Assembly: GCA_045046875.1 (NCBI GenBank)
Contig: JASFYY010000026.1
Location: 1-25,477 of the forward strand
DNA from: Verrucomicrobiota bacterium
GTDB taxonomy: Bacteria > Verrucomicrobiota > Verrucomicrobiia > Verrucomicrobiales > DEV007
Length of the DNA: 25,477 bases
Reading direction: 5' to 3'
The position numbers and the translations under genes were made by a program. The notes beneath the pieces are model-generated. The model made no database searches, had not been told where the DNA came from, and was given only the letters and a program-made list of their open reading frames with translations. The first letter of the stretch is position 1. Each line of letters opens with the position of its first letter. Below are positions 16,535 through 25,276 of this stretch, piece by piece.

Positions 16535-19144
16535 CTATTTTTTCAACCCACTCAACTGACGCTGAGTCCAACTGACCCCCTCTGCTGCCTGGGCATCCTT
16601 GGGGTGCGCCTTCGCTACCTGTTGCCACTGCGCCAACGCAGCGGCATACAGTTCGATCGCCCCTTTTTTATCTCCGGTTTTCTCCCGGGCAAAAGCCGCC
16701 AACCCACCTGCATAGGCGTAAAGGCGCTGATAAGTCACATTGGCCTTATCCTCTTCCAATAGCTTTCCGATCAACTGAATCGCACGAGTCAAGGCCGGCT
16801 TGGACTCAGCAAACTGACCCACATCCCCATACAGTTCCGCCATGTGGCAATTGCGTTTGGCCAGCGACATTCGAAGACCCGCATCCACCTTCTCGCCCTC
16901 ACCCGCCCGGTCAATCACCGCTTCCAAAAGCTTGGTGGCATCCTTTTCCAACTTGATCCCCGCCACCGACTGTCCGGCATCACGTTGCAATTCGGCCAAA
17001 GCCCCCAGGCACTCCGCCAGAGTAGTCGCATAACGAGGATCATCACTATGGGAGGGCATCAGGCGTGACAATAATTTCATCGCATCCTGCAACGATTCCG
17101 CTTCCCGTTTCAAACCTCCCAATACCACCAGACCAGAGGCCAGGCGGTATTGATACTCATCCACCGCTCCGTTCAAGGAAATCGCCTCGCTCAACAATTC
17201 CACACTTTTTTGATACATCTCCAATGCAGACTCCTGCTGCCCCGATTCCAATAAAATCTCACCTATGCCAGTGAAAGCCAGTGCCAGCGATGCCAGCACC
17301 TCGGCATTCTGAGGGCTCTTTTCCTGCAGGTTCACCAAGGCGTCCGCAGCCGCTTCAAAACCTTCACCCGCCAGTTTGTTCTCACGGTTGCGCCGTCGCC
17401 AGCCCGCTTCCACCAACAGATTGTTCGCCACTTGCAAAGCTCCCTCCACCGCTTTTTGCGGCACCTTCTGCGCCCATTGCTGCCACAAAGCCGAAGACTC
17501 TTTCAATACCTCGATCGCCTTGTCCGCTGCAGCTCCTTTTTTGTAAACCACTTCTCCTTGGCGCTGCCGAACGGCCGCCAGGTTTTTCACTAATACCGCT
17601 TCATCCGGTTGTTTTTTTATCAGAATGCGCAAACGTTTTTCCGCTTCAGCAAAAGCAGTGCCTGCCTGATCCAAATCCCCTGCTTCACGATAGATCTCAC
17701 CGAGAAAGCGGTAAGCATCCGCCGTCGGCAGCATCAACTCCGGCTTTTCTCCATAACGCTTCACCTTCTGTTCGTAATACGATTTGGCCTCCGCCAATCG
17801 CAGACTGCGCTGCAACTGAAAACCCGGCACATCAGTATCACGATGCTCGAGAATCATTTCAAAAAAATGATCGCCATAAGTCTGCATCGATAGCAAAAAA
17901 TCCTCCACCTCTCTCGCCCCTTGCCGAATCTTGCGCGCCTCGTCTTTTGCGTTGGCAACCTCCGAATCCTTGTTTTTCAACGCCGCCCCCAGCTCACTCT
18001 GCACTTTCTCAATCTCACTTTGACTCGCTTTCACCCCTTCATTGCCTTGTGACAAAGCCTCTTGCCACTTATTCTGAACCTCGGTGTATTTCCCATAGAA
18101 CACCACACTGCCCACCACCCCCATAATCGCTACCACCGCCGCCATCGCCGCCACCGTGCTCGACTTCCCCATCCGCCTCTTCATCGCCTGCTCCGCCACC
18201 ACGTAACTGCCCTGCATCTGACGCACCGCCGCAGAATTCTCCAAGGTCTGGAAATCCGTCAACACTTCGCGCATGTCCGTATAACGGTCGACCGGATCCA
18301 AACTCAGACAGCGTTCGATAATACCACGACGCTCTTCCAGTGCCTCGGTCGCTGGCTCTTGCGGCCAGGTGATTCCCGGCTGTTTCTCCATCCACTCGAC
18401 GTATTGCCCCGGCTGCTGCAGAATCGTCGCAAACGACGACATCTGACTGCCTTTACGTAAGTCGTGATCATTGAGAAACTCTTGAAACAAGGCGTCCAGC
18501 CTAGGCAAATGACCCGTAATCAACTGGTAAGCCACCACCCCGAATGAATACACATCCCACTGCTGCCCGCGACCATTGGAATAATCCCCCGTATTCAACT
18601 GTTCCGGGCTGGCATAAAAGCCCATGTCACCCATTTCCAGATAATGCAAACCATCCACATATCCCTGCCCCCAGTCACTCAAACGAATCTGATGACCCGT
18701 ATTGAGGCTGCCGCTGAGAAAAACATTGCTCGGTTTCAAACCCACATGAATCACCCCATAACGGTGTTCAAATGCCAGCGCGTCCGCAATCTGATCCACC
18801 AAACCAAACGCCTGATCTTCATCCAGGCGTCCAATCAGAGTGGTAATATTATCGCCGCGCCATTTTCCCGACTCCGCTTCCCGATGGCCATGCAACGAAG
18901 TGATCTGATAATAAGGATTATCCACCAGATTGTAGCCATACAGATCCACCAGCCCCGGATGCGCCGGAGCACGTGCGAGGCGCTGCAGATTTTCCTGCAC
19001 CAGCCCGGGCTTGATCGCCAAGGCCTTGAGAATATTGACCACCCGGTCCTCACCCGTCTCGGAGCTGGCGCGATAAACAAATCCGCAACCGCCTTCCCCA
19101 ATCAGTTCTTCAAACTGATAACCCTCTATCTCTGGAAGATTCAT
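16535..19144 (-). CDS. Hanks-type Ser/Thr kinase-like protein (probable pseudokinase) with TM helix, coiled coil and TPR-like repeats
   Basis: 869 aa. GEGGCG loop, HVGLKPSN, SDWG, YASPEQ, WDVYSFG and CLSLDPVDRY; TM segment TVAAMAAVVAIMGVVGSVVFY; long helical-repeat C-terminus. Confidence 0.85.
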   Translation of the reverse strand: MNLPEIEGYQFEELIGEGGCGFVYRASSETGEDRVVNILKALAIKPGLVQENLQRLARAPAHPGLVDLYGYNLVDNPYYQITSLHGHREAESGKWRGDNITTLIGRLDEDQAFGLVDQIADALAFEHRYGVIHVGLKPSNVFLSGSLNTGHQIRLSDWGQGYVDGLHYLEMGDMGFYASPEQLNTGDYSNGRGQQWDVYSFGVVAYQLITGHLPRLDALFQEFLNDHDLRKGSQMSSFATILQQPGQYVEWMEKQPGITWPQEPATEALEERRGIIERCLSLDPVDRYTDMREVLTDFQTLENSAAVRQMQGSYVVAEQAMKRRMGKSSTVAAMAAVVAIMGVVGSVVFYGKYTEVQNKWQEALSQGNEGVKASQSEIEKVQSELGAALKNKDSEVANAKDEARKIRQGAREVEDFLLSMQTYGDHFFEMILEHRDTDVPGFQLQRSLRLAEAKSYYEQKVKRYGEKPELMLPTADAYRFLGEIYREAGDLDQAGTAFAEAEKRLRILIKKQPDEAVLVKNLAAVRQRQGEVVYKKGAAADKAIEVLKESSALWQQWAQKVPQKAVEGALQVANNLLVEAGWRRRNRENKLAGEGFEAAADALVNLQEKSPQNAEVLASLALAFTGIGEILLESGQQESALEMYQKSVELLSEAISLNGAVDEYQYRLASGLVVLGGLKREAESLQDAMKLLSRLMPSHSDDPRYATTLAECLGALAELQRDAGQSVAGIKLEKDATKLLEAVIDRAGEGEKVDAGLRMSLAKRNCHMAELYGDVGQFAESKPALTRAIQLIGKLLEEDKANVTYQRLYAYAGGLAAFAREKTGDKKGAIELYAAALAQWQQVAKAHPKDAQAAEGVSWTQRQLSGLKK

Positions 19145-19261
19145 TCCTCTATGAGCCCAATCAACTAGCCTTACGCGCTGCTCTGCTCATTTTTAATGCT
19201 AAATTTTTCACTCTCTATCCCCGCTCTGTTAAATCACAGCGACACTCGATTGATTTTGCGT

Positions 19262-19564
19262 TCACTTTCCTTGCAAAATAAATTCTACAATGCTATCCCA
19301 TTCCACCTCAATCTGCTCTGGATCGATCTCCTGACGCCCGGCTCGATTATACCAATAAGCCGCATTGCCCAGATCTCCCTCAATGGTATGTAAAAGAGCG
19401 TGAATCCATGAGCCCAATGGCGTATCTATATCCTGCACCACATCATGAGCTTCATCCCAACGATCTTTTTTAGTCCACCACAAAGCCGACAACTCCAAAC
19501 CCAGGCCCTCGGGCGGTTCTGCGTCATTGGCCACTGAAACAAGCAACTCTTCTACTGTATTCAT
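19262..19564 (-). CDS. Small conserved hypothetical protein
   Basis: 100 aa with the pattern WDEAHDVVQD...SWIHALLHTIEGDLGNAAYWYNRAG, which I recognise from a widespread family of unknown function. Confidence 0.75.
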   Translation of the reverse strand: MNTVEELLVSVANDAEPPEGLGLELSALWWTKKDRWDEAHDVVQDIDTPLGSWIHALLHTIEGDLGNAAYWYNRAGRQEIDPEQIEVEWDSIVEFILQGK

Positions 19565-19642
19565 CGTTCTTACACTCTATCCCATTCACGCCCTGCGTAA
19601 AACAGAACCCTGCAAACTTTTTCACCCTTTCCAAACTTTATT

Positions 19643-20893
19643 ATGAGTCGCCCACCTGCCAAATTCAATCCCGAACCCTTTGCCTACCACACCGAACTCG
19701 AAATCGACATCGAGTCCCTCACCAATCTCGGCCAGGGCCTCGGCCGGATCGACGGCTGGGTCGTATTTGTGCCCTTCTCACTGCCCGGCGAACGGGTTCT
19801 GGCGCGCATTTTCCGCAATCACAAAGGCCACAGCGAAGCCGATTTGATCGATGTGATCAAAGCCTCGCCGCACCGGGTGGAAGCCCGCTGTGAACTTTTC
19901 GGCACCTGCGGAGGCTGTCAGTACCAAAACTACGCCTACCAGCAGCAATTGCTTTGGAAACAAACCCAGGTCAGCGAACTGCTCAGCCACATGGCCAAAA
20001 TCGAAGCCGAGGTTTTGCCTGTCATCCCCTCACCACGCGAGTGGGGCTACCGCTCAAAAATCACCCCACACTTTCAAAAACCCAAAGATGGCAAAATCGA
20101 GAACATCGGATTTCTCAGAGCCGGAGTGCGCTCGCAGCTGATCGATGTCAAACAATGCCCGATCGCCTCCGATGCCATCAACCGGGCCCTGCCCAAGTTG
20201 CGCAAACTAGCCCACGCCGAAGCCCTCACTTATCGCAAAGGCGCCACCCTGCTATTGCGGGACTCGGCCGAAGAAGGCGATGTCGTCATCACCCGTAACA
20301 ACGAAGTCTGCGAAGAACACATCGGTGACCTGAAATTTCAATTTGCCGCCGGTGAGTTTTTTCAAAACAATCCCTCGATCCTGCCCGCCTTCACCCAACA
20401 CGCTCGCGACGAAGCGCTCAATGCGGGCAGCGGCCGCCCCGCCAACCGTTACCTCATCGACACCTACTGCGGCAGCGGACTTTTTGCCGTCTCCTGCGCG
20501 TCACATTTCGAACAAGTCTCCGGCATCGAAATCAGCGAAGCCGCCATCGAATGGGCCAAGCGCAACACCAAACTCAACCAACTCGACAACTGCCGGTTCC
20601 AACAAGGCGACGCGCTGGCAATCTTTGCCGACATCGATTTCCCCGCTGATCAGAGCGCGGTCATCATCGACCCGCCGCGCAAGGGATCCAATCCGGGATT
20701 CATCGAGCAATTATTGACTTTCGCCCCCGCCACCATCGTTTACATTTCCTGCAACCCCGCCACCCAGATCCGCGACCTCGAGTTGCTCCTGGCTAACGAA
20801 GAATATGAACTCAGCAAGATCCAACCCTTCGACCTCTTCCCTCACACCCGCCACCTGGAATGTGTCATCACCCTGAACAAAAAAAACCTCTAA
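19643..20893 (+). CDS. TRAM-domain RNA (uracil-5)-methyltransferase, RlmD/TrmA family
   Basis: 416 aa. N-terminal TRAM domain, Fe-S motif CELFGTCGGCQYQ, FFQNN, SAM motif DTYCGSG, DPPRKG and catalytic YISCNPAT. The exact RNA target cannot be assigned. Confidence 0.92.
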   Translation: MSRPPAKFNPEPFAYHTELEIDIESLTNLGQGLGRIDGWVVFVPFSLPGERVLARIFRNHKGHSEADLIDVIKASPHRVEARCELFGTCGGCQYQNYAYQQQLLWKQTQVSELLSHMAKIEAEVLPVIPSPREWGYRSKITPHFQKPKDGKIENIGFLRAGVRSQLIDVKQCPIASDAINRALPKLRKLAHAEALTYRKGATLLLRDSAEEGDVVITRNNEVCEEHIGDLKFQFAAGEFFQNNPSILPAFTQHARDEALNAGSGRPANRYLIDTYCGSGLFAVSCASHFEQVSGIEISEAAIEWAKRNTKLNQLDNCRFQQGDALAIFADIDFPADQSAVIIDPPRKGSNPGFIEQLLTFAPATIVYISCNPATQIRDLELLLANEEYELSKIQPFDLFPHTRHLECVITLNKKNL

Positions 20894-20897
20894 CTCT

Positions 20898-20955
20898 CCT
20901 ACCTCCTATAGCCTAATACCCTACAGCCTACAGTCCAGCCCCCTACCGCCTTCCC
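20898..20955. repeat. Degenerate heptamer tandem repeat (CCTAnnn)
   Basis: Units CCTACCT, CCTATAG, CCTAATAC, CCTACAG, CCTACAG, TCCAGCC, (C)CCTACCG and CCTTCCC fill the intergenic gap. Confidence 0.65.
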
Positions 20956-20956
20956 C

Positions 20957-22201
20957 ATGAAACGAAGAACCTTCCTAAAAAGCTCAGCCGCACTCGCCAC
21001 CGCCACCTTGACACCCCAACAGTCACAGGCCGACGACTCCCCCCTCATCCGCTCAATCGAAAAAATCACCCTGCGCAAAAACCGCGACGGCAAAGGCACC
21101 ACCTGGTTCCATCCCCGCGCCTGCATGATCCCGGCGGAGGGTGATTCCAAAAATCCCATCGCCTTCATGACCCTGCAGGAGATCGCCGGTTCGGATTTTT
21201 TCGGCCCGGTCCATTTTAGTCAATCAAGCGATCTCGGTCAAAGCTGGACGAATCCCACAGGCATCACCCCACTCGCCCGCTACCCGGTGCCCGATCACGA
21301 AGGTCTCGAGCAAGGTGTCTGCGACGTGGTGCCACAATACCATCCGGCCAGCAACAGCATCCTCGCGCTCGGCCACAATGTTTTTTACCGCGGCAAACAC
21401 TTCGCCAAAAAGGATCAACTCGCTCGTTTCCCCGCCTACACCGTACGGCAACCTGACGGCACCTGGACCTCCTTGAAAAAACTCGAGTGGGACGACCCGC
21501 GCGGCGCATTCATCTACACCAACAACTGCGGTCAACGAGTGGTGCTGCCCAATGGCGACATCGCCATGTCTTTCACCTTCGGAGCCAAATCCACCGCGCG
21601 CTCCGTCGCCGGTGTCATTTGCTCCTTCGACGGCGAGACCCTCAAGATCAAAAAAGTCGGCCCCGCTATCACCAGTGACAAAGGCCGCGGCCTGCTCGAG
21701 CCCTCGGTGACCCAATACAAAGGGAAATTCTACATGACCATCCGCGCCGAAGACAATCACGGTTATCTCGCGGTCAGCGACGACGGTTTGAACTACTCCG
21801 ACAAAATTGCCTGGAGCTGGGATGACGGTGAAGCCCTCACCATGTCCACCACCCAACAGCACTGGCTGACTCATAGCGAAGGTTTGTTTTTGGTTTACAC
21901 CCGTAAAGACTCGTCCAACAGTAAAGTGATCCGCTGGCGGGCTCCCCTGTTTGTTGCCCAGGTTGACACCAAAAAACGCTGCCTCATTCGCTCCACCGAA
22001 CAAGTAGTATTGCCACTGGTCGGTGACGGCGTCAACGACCCCGACAACGTCGCCCTGATGGGCAACTTCAACGTCACCAATGTCAGCCCAGACGAATCAT
22101 GGGTCACCGCCGGAGAATGGATGCCCAGAAAATCCGCCAAGGGCAATGTCGTGCTCGGCAAAATCCGCTGGAACAAAAAAAACACCTCACCCTTGTATTA
22201 G
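20957..22201 (+). CDS. Tat-exported Asp-box (BNR) beta-propeller, sialidase-like
   Basis: 414 aa with twin-arginine signal MKRRTFLK, Asp-boxes SSDLGQSW and SDDGLNY, and the segment LLEPSV...YMTIR. Activity is not established. Confidence 0.78.
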   Translation: MKRRTFLKSSAALATATLTPQQSQADDSPLIRSIEKITLRKNRDGKGTTWFHPRACMIPAEGDSKNPIAFMTLQEIAGSDFFGPVHFSQSSDLGQSWTNPTGITPLARYPVPDHEGLEQGVCDVVPQYHPASNSILALGHNVFYRGKHFAKKDQLARFPAYTVRQPDGTWTSLKKLEWDDPRGAFIYTNNCGQRVVLPNGDIAMSFTFGAKSTARSVAGVICSFDGETLKIKKVGPAITSDKGRGLLEPSVTQYKGKFYMTIRAEDNHGYLAVSDDGLNYSDKIAWSWDDGEALTMSTTQQHWLTHSEGLFLVYTRKDSSNSKVIRWRAPLFVAQVDTKKRCLIRSTEQVVLPLVGDGVNDPDNVALMGNFNVTNVSPDESWVTAGEWMPRKSAKGNVVLGKIRWNKKNTSPLY

Positions 22202-22210
22202 ACCGCCACC

Positions 22211-22975
22211 ATGCTTGCCATCGACCTCACCAATCAAACCGCCCTCATCACCGGTGCTTCGCAAGGCATCGGCGCCCAAATCGCCCGCACCTTGCACGCA
22301 GCGGGAGCTAAGGTCATTCTCAACCATCCGGGTTTTGAGCAGAGTGCCGCCGACGCGACAGCACTGGCCAACGAACTCAGTCAACAACGGGAAAATTCCG
22401 CCTTCGTTTTTGCCGCCGACATCTCCGATGCCGAAGCGGTGCAGAAAATGATGCAGGATATCAAAAACACGGATGCCCTCGGCGGCATCGATTTTTTGAT
22501 CAACAACGCCGGCATCCTCCGCGATCGAACGATCAGCAAAATGTCACTCGAAGATTGGAATGCTGTCATCAACGTCAATCTCAGCGGCACCTTTTACGTC
22601 GCCAAGTACGGCCTGGAAATCATGCGTGATGGAGGGGCCATCGTCAGCCTGGGCAGTATCGCCGCTTTGCAGGGATTTTATGGCCAAAGCAATTACGCCG
22701 CCGCCAAAGGCGGCGTGCATGCCATGACCCGGGTATTAAGCCGCGAGTGCGCCAGTCGTAACATCCGTGTCAACGCCATCGCCCCGGGAGTCATCGCCAC
22801 CCAAATGGTCGAAACCATTCCCGACAATGTGCGCGACCTGATGTTAAAAAACGTGCCCCTGCGCCGCCTCGGCGAACCGCGCGAAATCGCCGAAGTCGCC
22901 GCCTTTCTCTGCTCCCCGCTTGCCTCCTACATCACCGGCCAAACCATCGAAGTCAACGGCGGCTGGCGCGGCTGA
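22211..22975 (+). CDS. Short-chain dehydrogenase/reductase, FabG/PhaB-like 3-oxoacyl reductase
   Basis: 254 aa with [26 protein letters not shown] (YxxxK), VNAIAPG and [12 protein letters not shown]. Confidence 0.9.
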   Translation: MLAIDLTNQTALITGASQGIGAQIARTLHAAGAKVILNHPGFEQSAADATALANELSQQRENSAFVFAADISDAEAVQKMMQDIKNTDALGGIDFLINNAGILRDRTISKMSLEDWNAVINVNLSGTFYVAKYGLEIMRDGGAIVSLGSIAALQGFYGQSNYAAAKGGVHAMTRVLSRECASRNIRVNAIAPGVIATQMVETIPDNVRDLMLKNVPLRRLGEPREIAEVAAFLCSPLASYITGQTIEVNGGWRG

Positions 22976-22978
22976 TCC

Positions 22979-23004
22979 CATTCTTCATTTCTCATTTCAT
23001 ACTT
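22979..23004. repeat. Short degenerate heptamer repeat (CATTYYT-like)
   Basis: CATTCTT CATTTCT CATTT CATACTT in the gap between the SDR and CoA-transferase genes. Confidence 0.45.
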
Positions 23005-23009
23005 CCCCC

Positions 23010-24542
23010 ATGCCCCCCGCAATCTCCACCGCCACCGAAGCCATCGCCGCGATTCCCAGCGGCGCAACCGTCGCGGTCAGTGGTTTTGTTGGAGCCGGCC
23101 ATCCGGAATTGCTCACCACCGCACTTGAAGAACGTTTCCTGGCAAGCGCCCAACCCCGTGACCTCACCCTGGTTTACGCCGCCGGACAAGGCGATGGCAA
23201 AGACCGAGGCCTAAACCATCTCGCCCATGAGGGCTTGCTCAAACGAGTGATTGGCGGTCACTGGAACCTGGCGCCCAAGTTGGGAACCCTTGCGCTGGAA
23301 AACAAAATCGAAGCTTACAATTTTCCCCAAGGCGTAGTGTGCCAACTGTTCCGGGAAATCGCCGGGAAACGTCCCGGAGTGATCACCAAAGTTGGTCTCA
23401 ATACTTTCATCGATCCCAACAACGAAGGCGGTCGCCTCAACCAGCGAACTAAACAAGAACTGATCGAACGGCTCGAACTGGACGGCGAGACCTGGCTGCG
23501 TTACCGCAGTTTTCCCATCACTGTCGCCCTCATCCGGGCGACCAGCGCAGACCCCCAAGGCAATCTTTCCGTCGAACACGAAGGCCTCATCGGTGACATC
23601 CTGCCTATCGCCCAAGCCGCCCGCAATCACGGTGGCATCGTTATCGCCCAGGTCGAACGAATCGTGGAACGGATCAGCGACCCCAAAGCTGTTCGTGTGC
23701 CCGGCATCCTGGTCGATTTTTTAGTCGAATCACCGCAGGACAAACAAGCTCACCAACAAACCTTCGCGGAGTCTTTCAATCCTGCTTATGTCACCACCCG
23801 TGACAACAAAATCTCCACCACACCCCAAACCCTGCCTTTCTCCTGCCGCAAAATCATCGGCCGACGAGCGCTTGAGGAAATCCGCAGTGGCGACATCGTT
23901 AACCTCGGCATCGGCATGCCGGAAGCCATCTCCGCAGTGGCTGCCGAAGCAGGCCGCTTGGAGGAATTCACCCTCACCTTGGAATCCGGCCCGATCGGCG
24001 GCGAACCCGCCAGTGGACTCAGCTTTGGCTGCAGCAGCTATCCCGACGCCATCATAGACCAGCCCTCACAGTTTGACTTTTACGACGGCGGCGGCATTGA
24101 TCTCGCAGCACTGGGCGCGATCGAAATTGACCAACTGGGCAACGTCAACATCACCCAATTCGGCAATCGTTTTGCCGGCGTTGGCGGTTTTGTCAACATC
24201 ACTCAAAACGCCCGCCGCGTCATCTTTTGCGCCCCGTTCCGGGTCAAGGGACTCACGGCAAAAGTAAGTGATGGCAACCTGACCATCACCAGCGAAGGAC
24301 AAATCCCCAAATTTGTTAAACGCGTGCAGCAAGTTGCCTTTCACGGGCCCTCCGCCATCGAACGCGGACAAGAGGTCCTCTACGTCACCGAGCGCGCCGT
24401 CTTCCGACTCACCGCAGACGGCCTCGCCCTCATCGAAACCGCTCCCGGCATCGACCTGCAAGAGCAGATCCTCGACCAAATGGAATTCCAACCCCTCGTC
24501 GACCAACTTACAAAGATGCCGTCAAGCTGCTTTGATCCTTAA
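23010..24542 (+). CDS. Family I acyl-CoA:acetate/propionate CoA-transferase (YdiF/Pct-like, fused alpha/beta)
   Basis: VYAAGQGD, RVIGGHW, EAYNFPQG, VNLGIGMP, catalytic ExGxxG (LESGPIG), FDFYDGGGID and YVTERAVF. ATG at 23010 is preferred to TTG at 22920, which overlaps the SDR. Confidence 0.92.
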   Translation: MPPAISTATEAIAAIPSGATVAVSGFVGAGHPELLTTALEERFLASAQPRDLTLVYAAGQGDGKDRGLNHLAHEGLLKRVIGGHWNLAPKLGTLALENKIEAYNFPQGVVCQLFREIAGKRPGVITKVGLNTFIDPNNEGGRLNQRTKQELIERLELDGETWLRYRSFPITVALIRATSADPQGNLSVEHEGLIGDILPIAQAARNHGGIVIAQVERIVERISDPKAVRVPGILVDFLVESPQDKQAHQQTFAESFNPAYVTTRDNKISTTPQTLPFSCRKIIGRRALEEIRSGDIVNLGIGMPEAISAVAAEAGRLEEFTLTLESGPIGGEPASGLSFGCSSYPDAIIDQPSQFDFYDGGGIDLAALGAIEIDQLGNVNITQFGNRFAGVGGFVNITQNARRVIFCAPFRVKGLTAKVSDGNLTITSEGQIPKFVKRVQQVAFHGPSAIERGQEVLYVTERAVFRLTADGLALIETAPGIDLQEQILDQMEFQPLVDQLTKMPSSCFDP

Positions 24543-24572
24543 ACAAAGTATCAAATACAGAGCCGATGAATT

Positions 24573-24595
24573 GTAGGGCGACCGCTCCGGTTGCC
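24573..24595 (+). repeat. GTAG-family REP-like palindrome
   Basis: GTAG followed by GGCGACCG-CTC-CGGTTGCC (8-bp stem with one G-T pair), 30 bp after the CoA-transferase stop. Only one copy in the window. Confidence 0.6.
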
Positions 24596-24709
24596 TAGGC
24601 AAATAAGACGAAGGAGAACAAGGCTGATGACAAACCGTAACTTATTAAAACGGCACAACATTTCGCGACAATTGGATTGCTATAAATTTTCTATACACTG
24701 AATACGTAA

Positions 24710-25276
24710 CTACGGCTTAGCTGTTCGGCTGCGTTTTGTTATGCCCGGTTTGATTATAGCAACTTCAAATTTTCCAAAGATGTGACTACGAGGCACGGGG
24801 CCCCAGAAGCGACTATCGTTTGCATTGTTTGTGTTATCGCCAAGAACAAAATATTCGTCCTTAGCCAGGGTTATCTTCCTAATCGAAACCGAGGGCGAAT
24901 TCTTCATCGCCGCTAACCCAAAATAACGAACACCTTTAAGCGTGGGGGGCAGTTTCAACGGCGTTCCCCCGATCAGGATTTCGGATCCAGCGTAATCCAC
25001 AATTTCTCCCGGCATCCCAACTACCCGCATAATCCAAATTTCTTTCGCTGGCGTGATACCTCCACCTGGATAAACGGCTTTGGGCGGTTCGAAAGTCACT
25101 ATATCCCAGCGTTCCGGATCGGTGTTCCAATAGGCGCTGCGATCCACAATAACATCAGTTCCGGCGGGTATCGTCGGATCCATCGAGGATGTGGGCACAT
25201 GATAGCGCTTTTTCGTGCACGCGCCCAGTGATATGACCAGAACCAAACAAAGGGCTAGAAGTCTCAGTAGATGCAT
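24710..25276 (-). CDS. Signal peptidase I (S26A)-like lipoprotein with degenerate active site
   Basis: 188 aa from ATG 25276. Lipobox LGAC; box B PTSSMDPTI; box C RWDIVTF; box D WIMRVVGMPGE; box E GDNTNNANDSRFWG. The 240-aa version in the ORF track wrongly extends into intron RNA. Confidence 0.88.
   Translation of the reverse strand: MHLLRLLALCLVLVISLGACTKKRYHVPTSSMDPTIPAGTDVIVDRSAYWNTDPERWDIVTFEPPKAVYPGGGITPAKEIWIMRVVGMPGEIVDYAGSEILIGGTPLKLPPTLKGVRYFGLAAMKNSPSVSIRKITLAKDEYFVLGDNTNNANDSRFWGPVPRSHIFGKFEVAIIKPGITKRSRTAKP

Noticed and set aside
17281..18126. 281-aa plus-strand ORF
   Set aside because: Pro/Ser-rich shadow antisense to the kinase-like gene, explained by codon bias.
21224..22003. 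259-aa minus-strand ORF
   Set aside because: Antisense shadow of the Asp-box propeller gene; no motifs.
22202..22213. Near-perfect eukaryotic Kozak sequence ACCGCCACCATG before the SDR
   Set aside because: Bacterial operon context and a C-rich strand make coincidence likely; there is no other sign of eukaryotic or synthetic DNA.
22920..23009. 30-aa N-terminal extension of the CoA-transferase
   Set aside because: TTG start overlaps the SDR and runs through the heptamer spacer; family similarity begins after ATG 23010.
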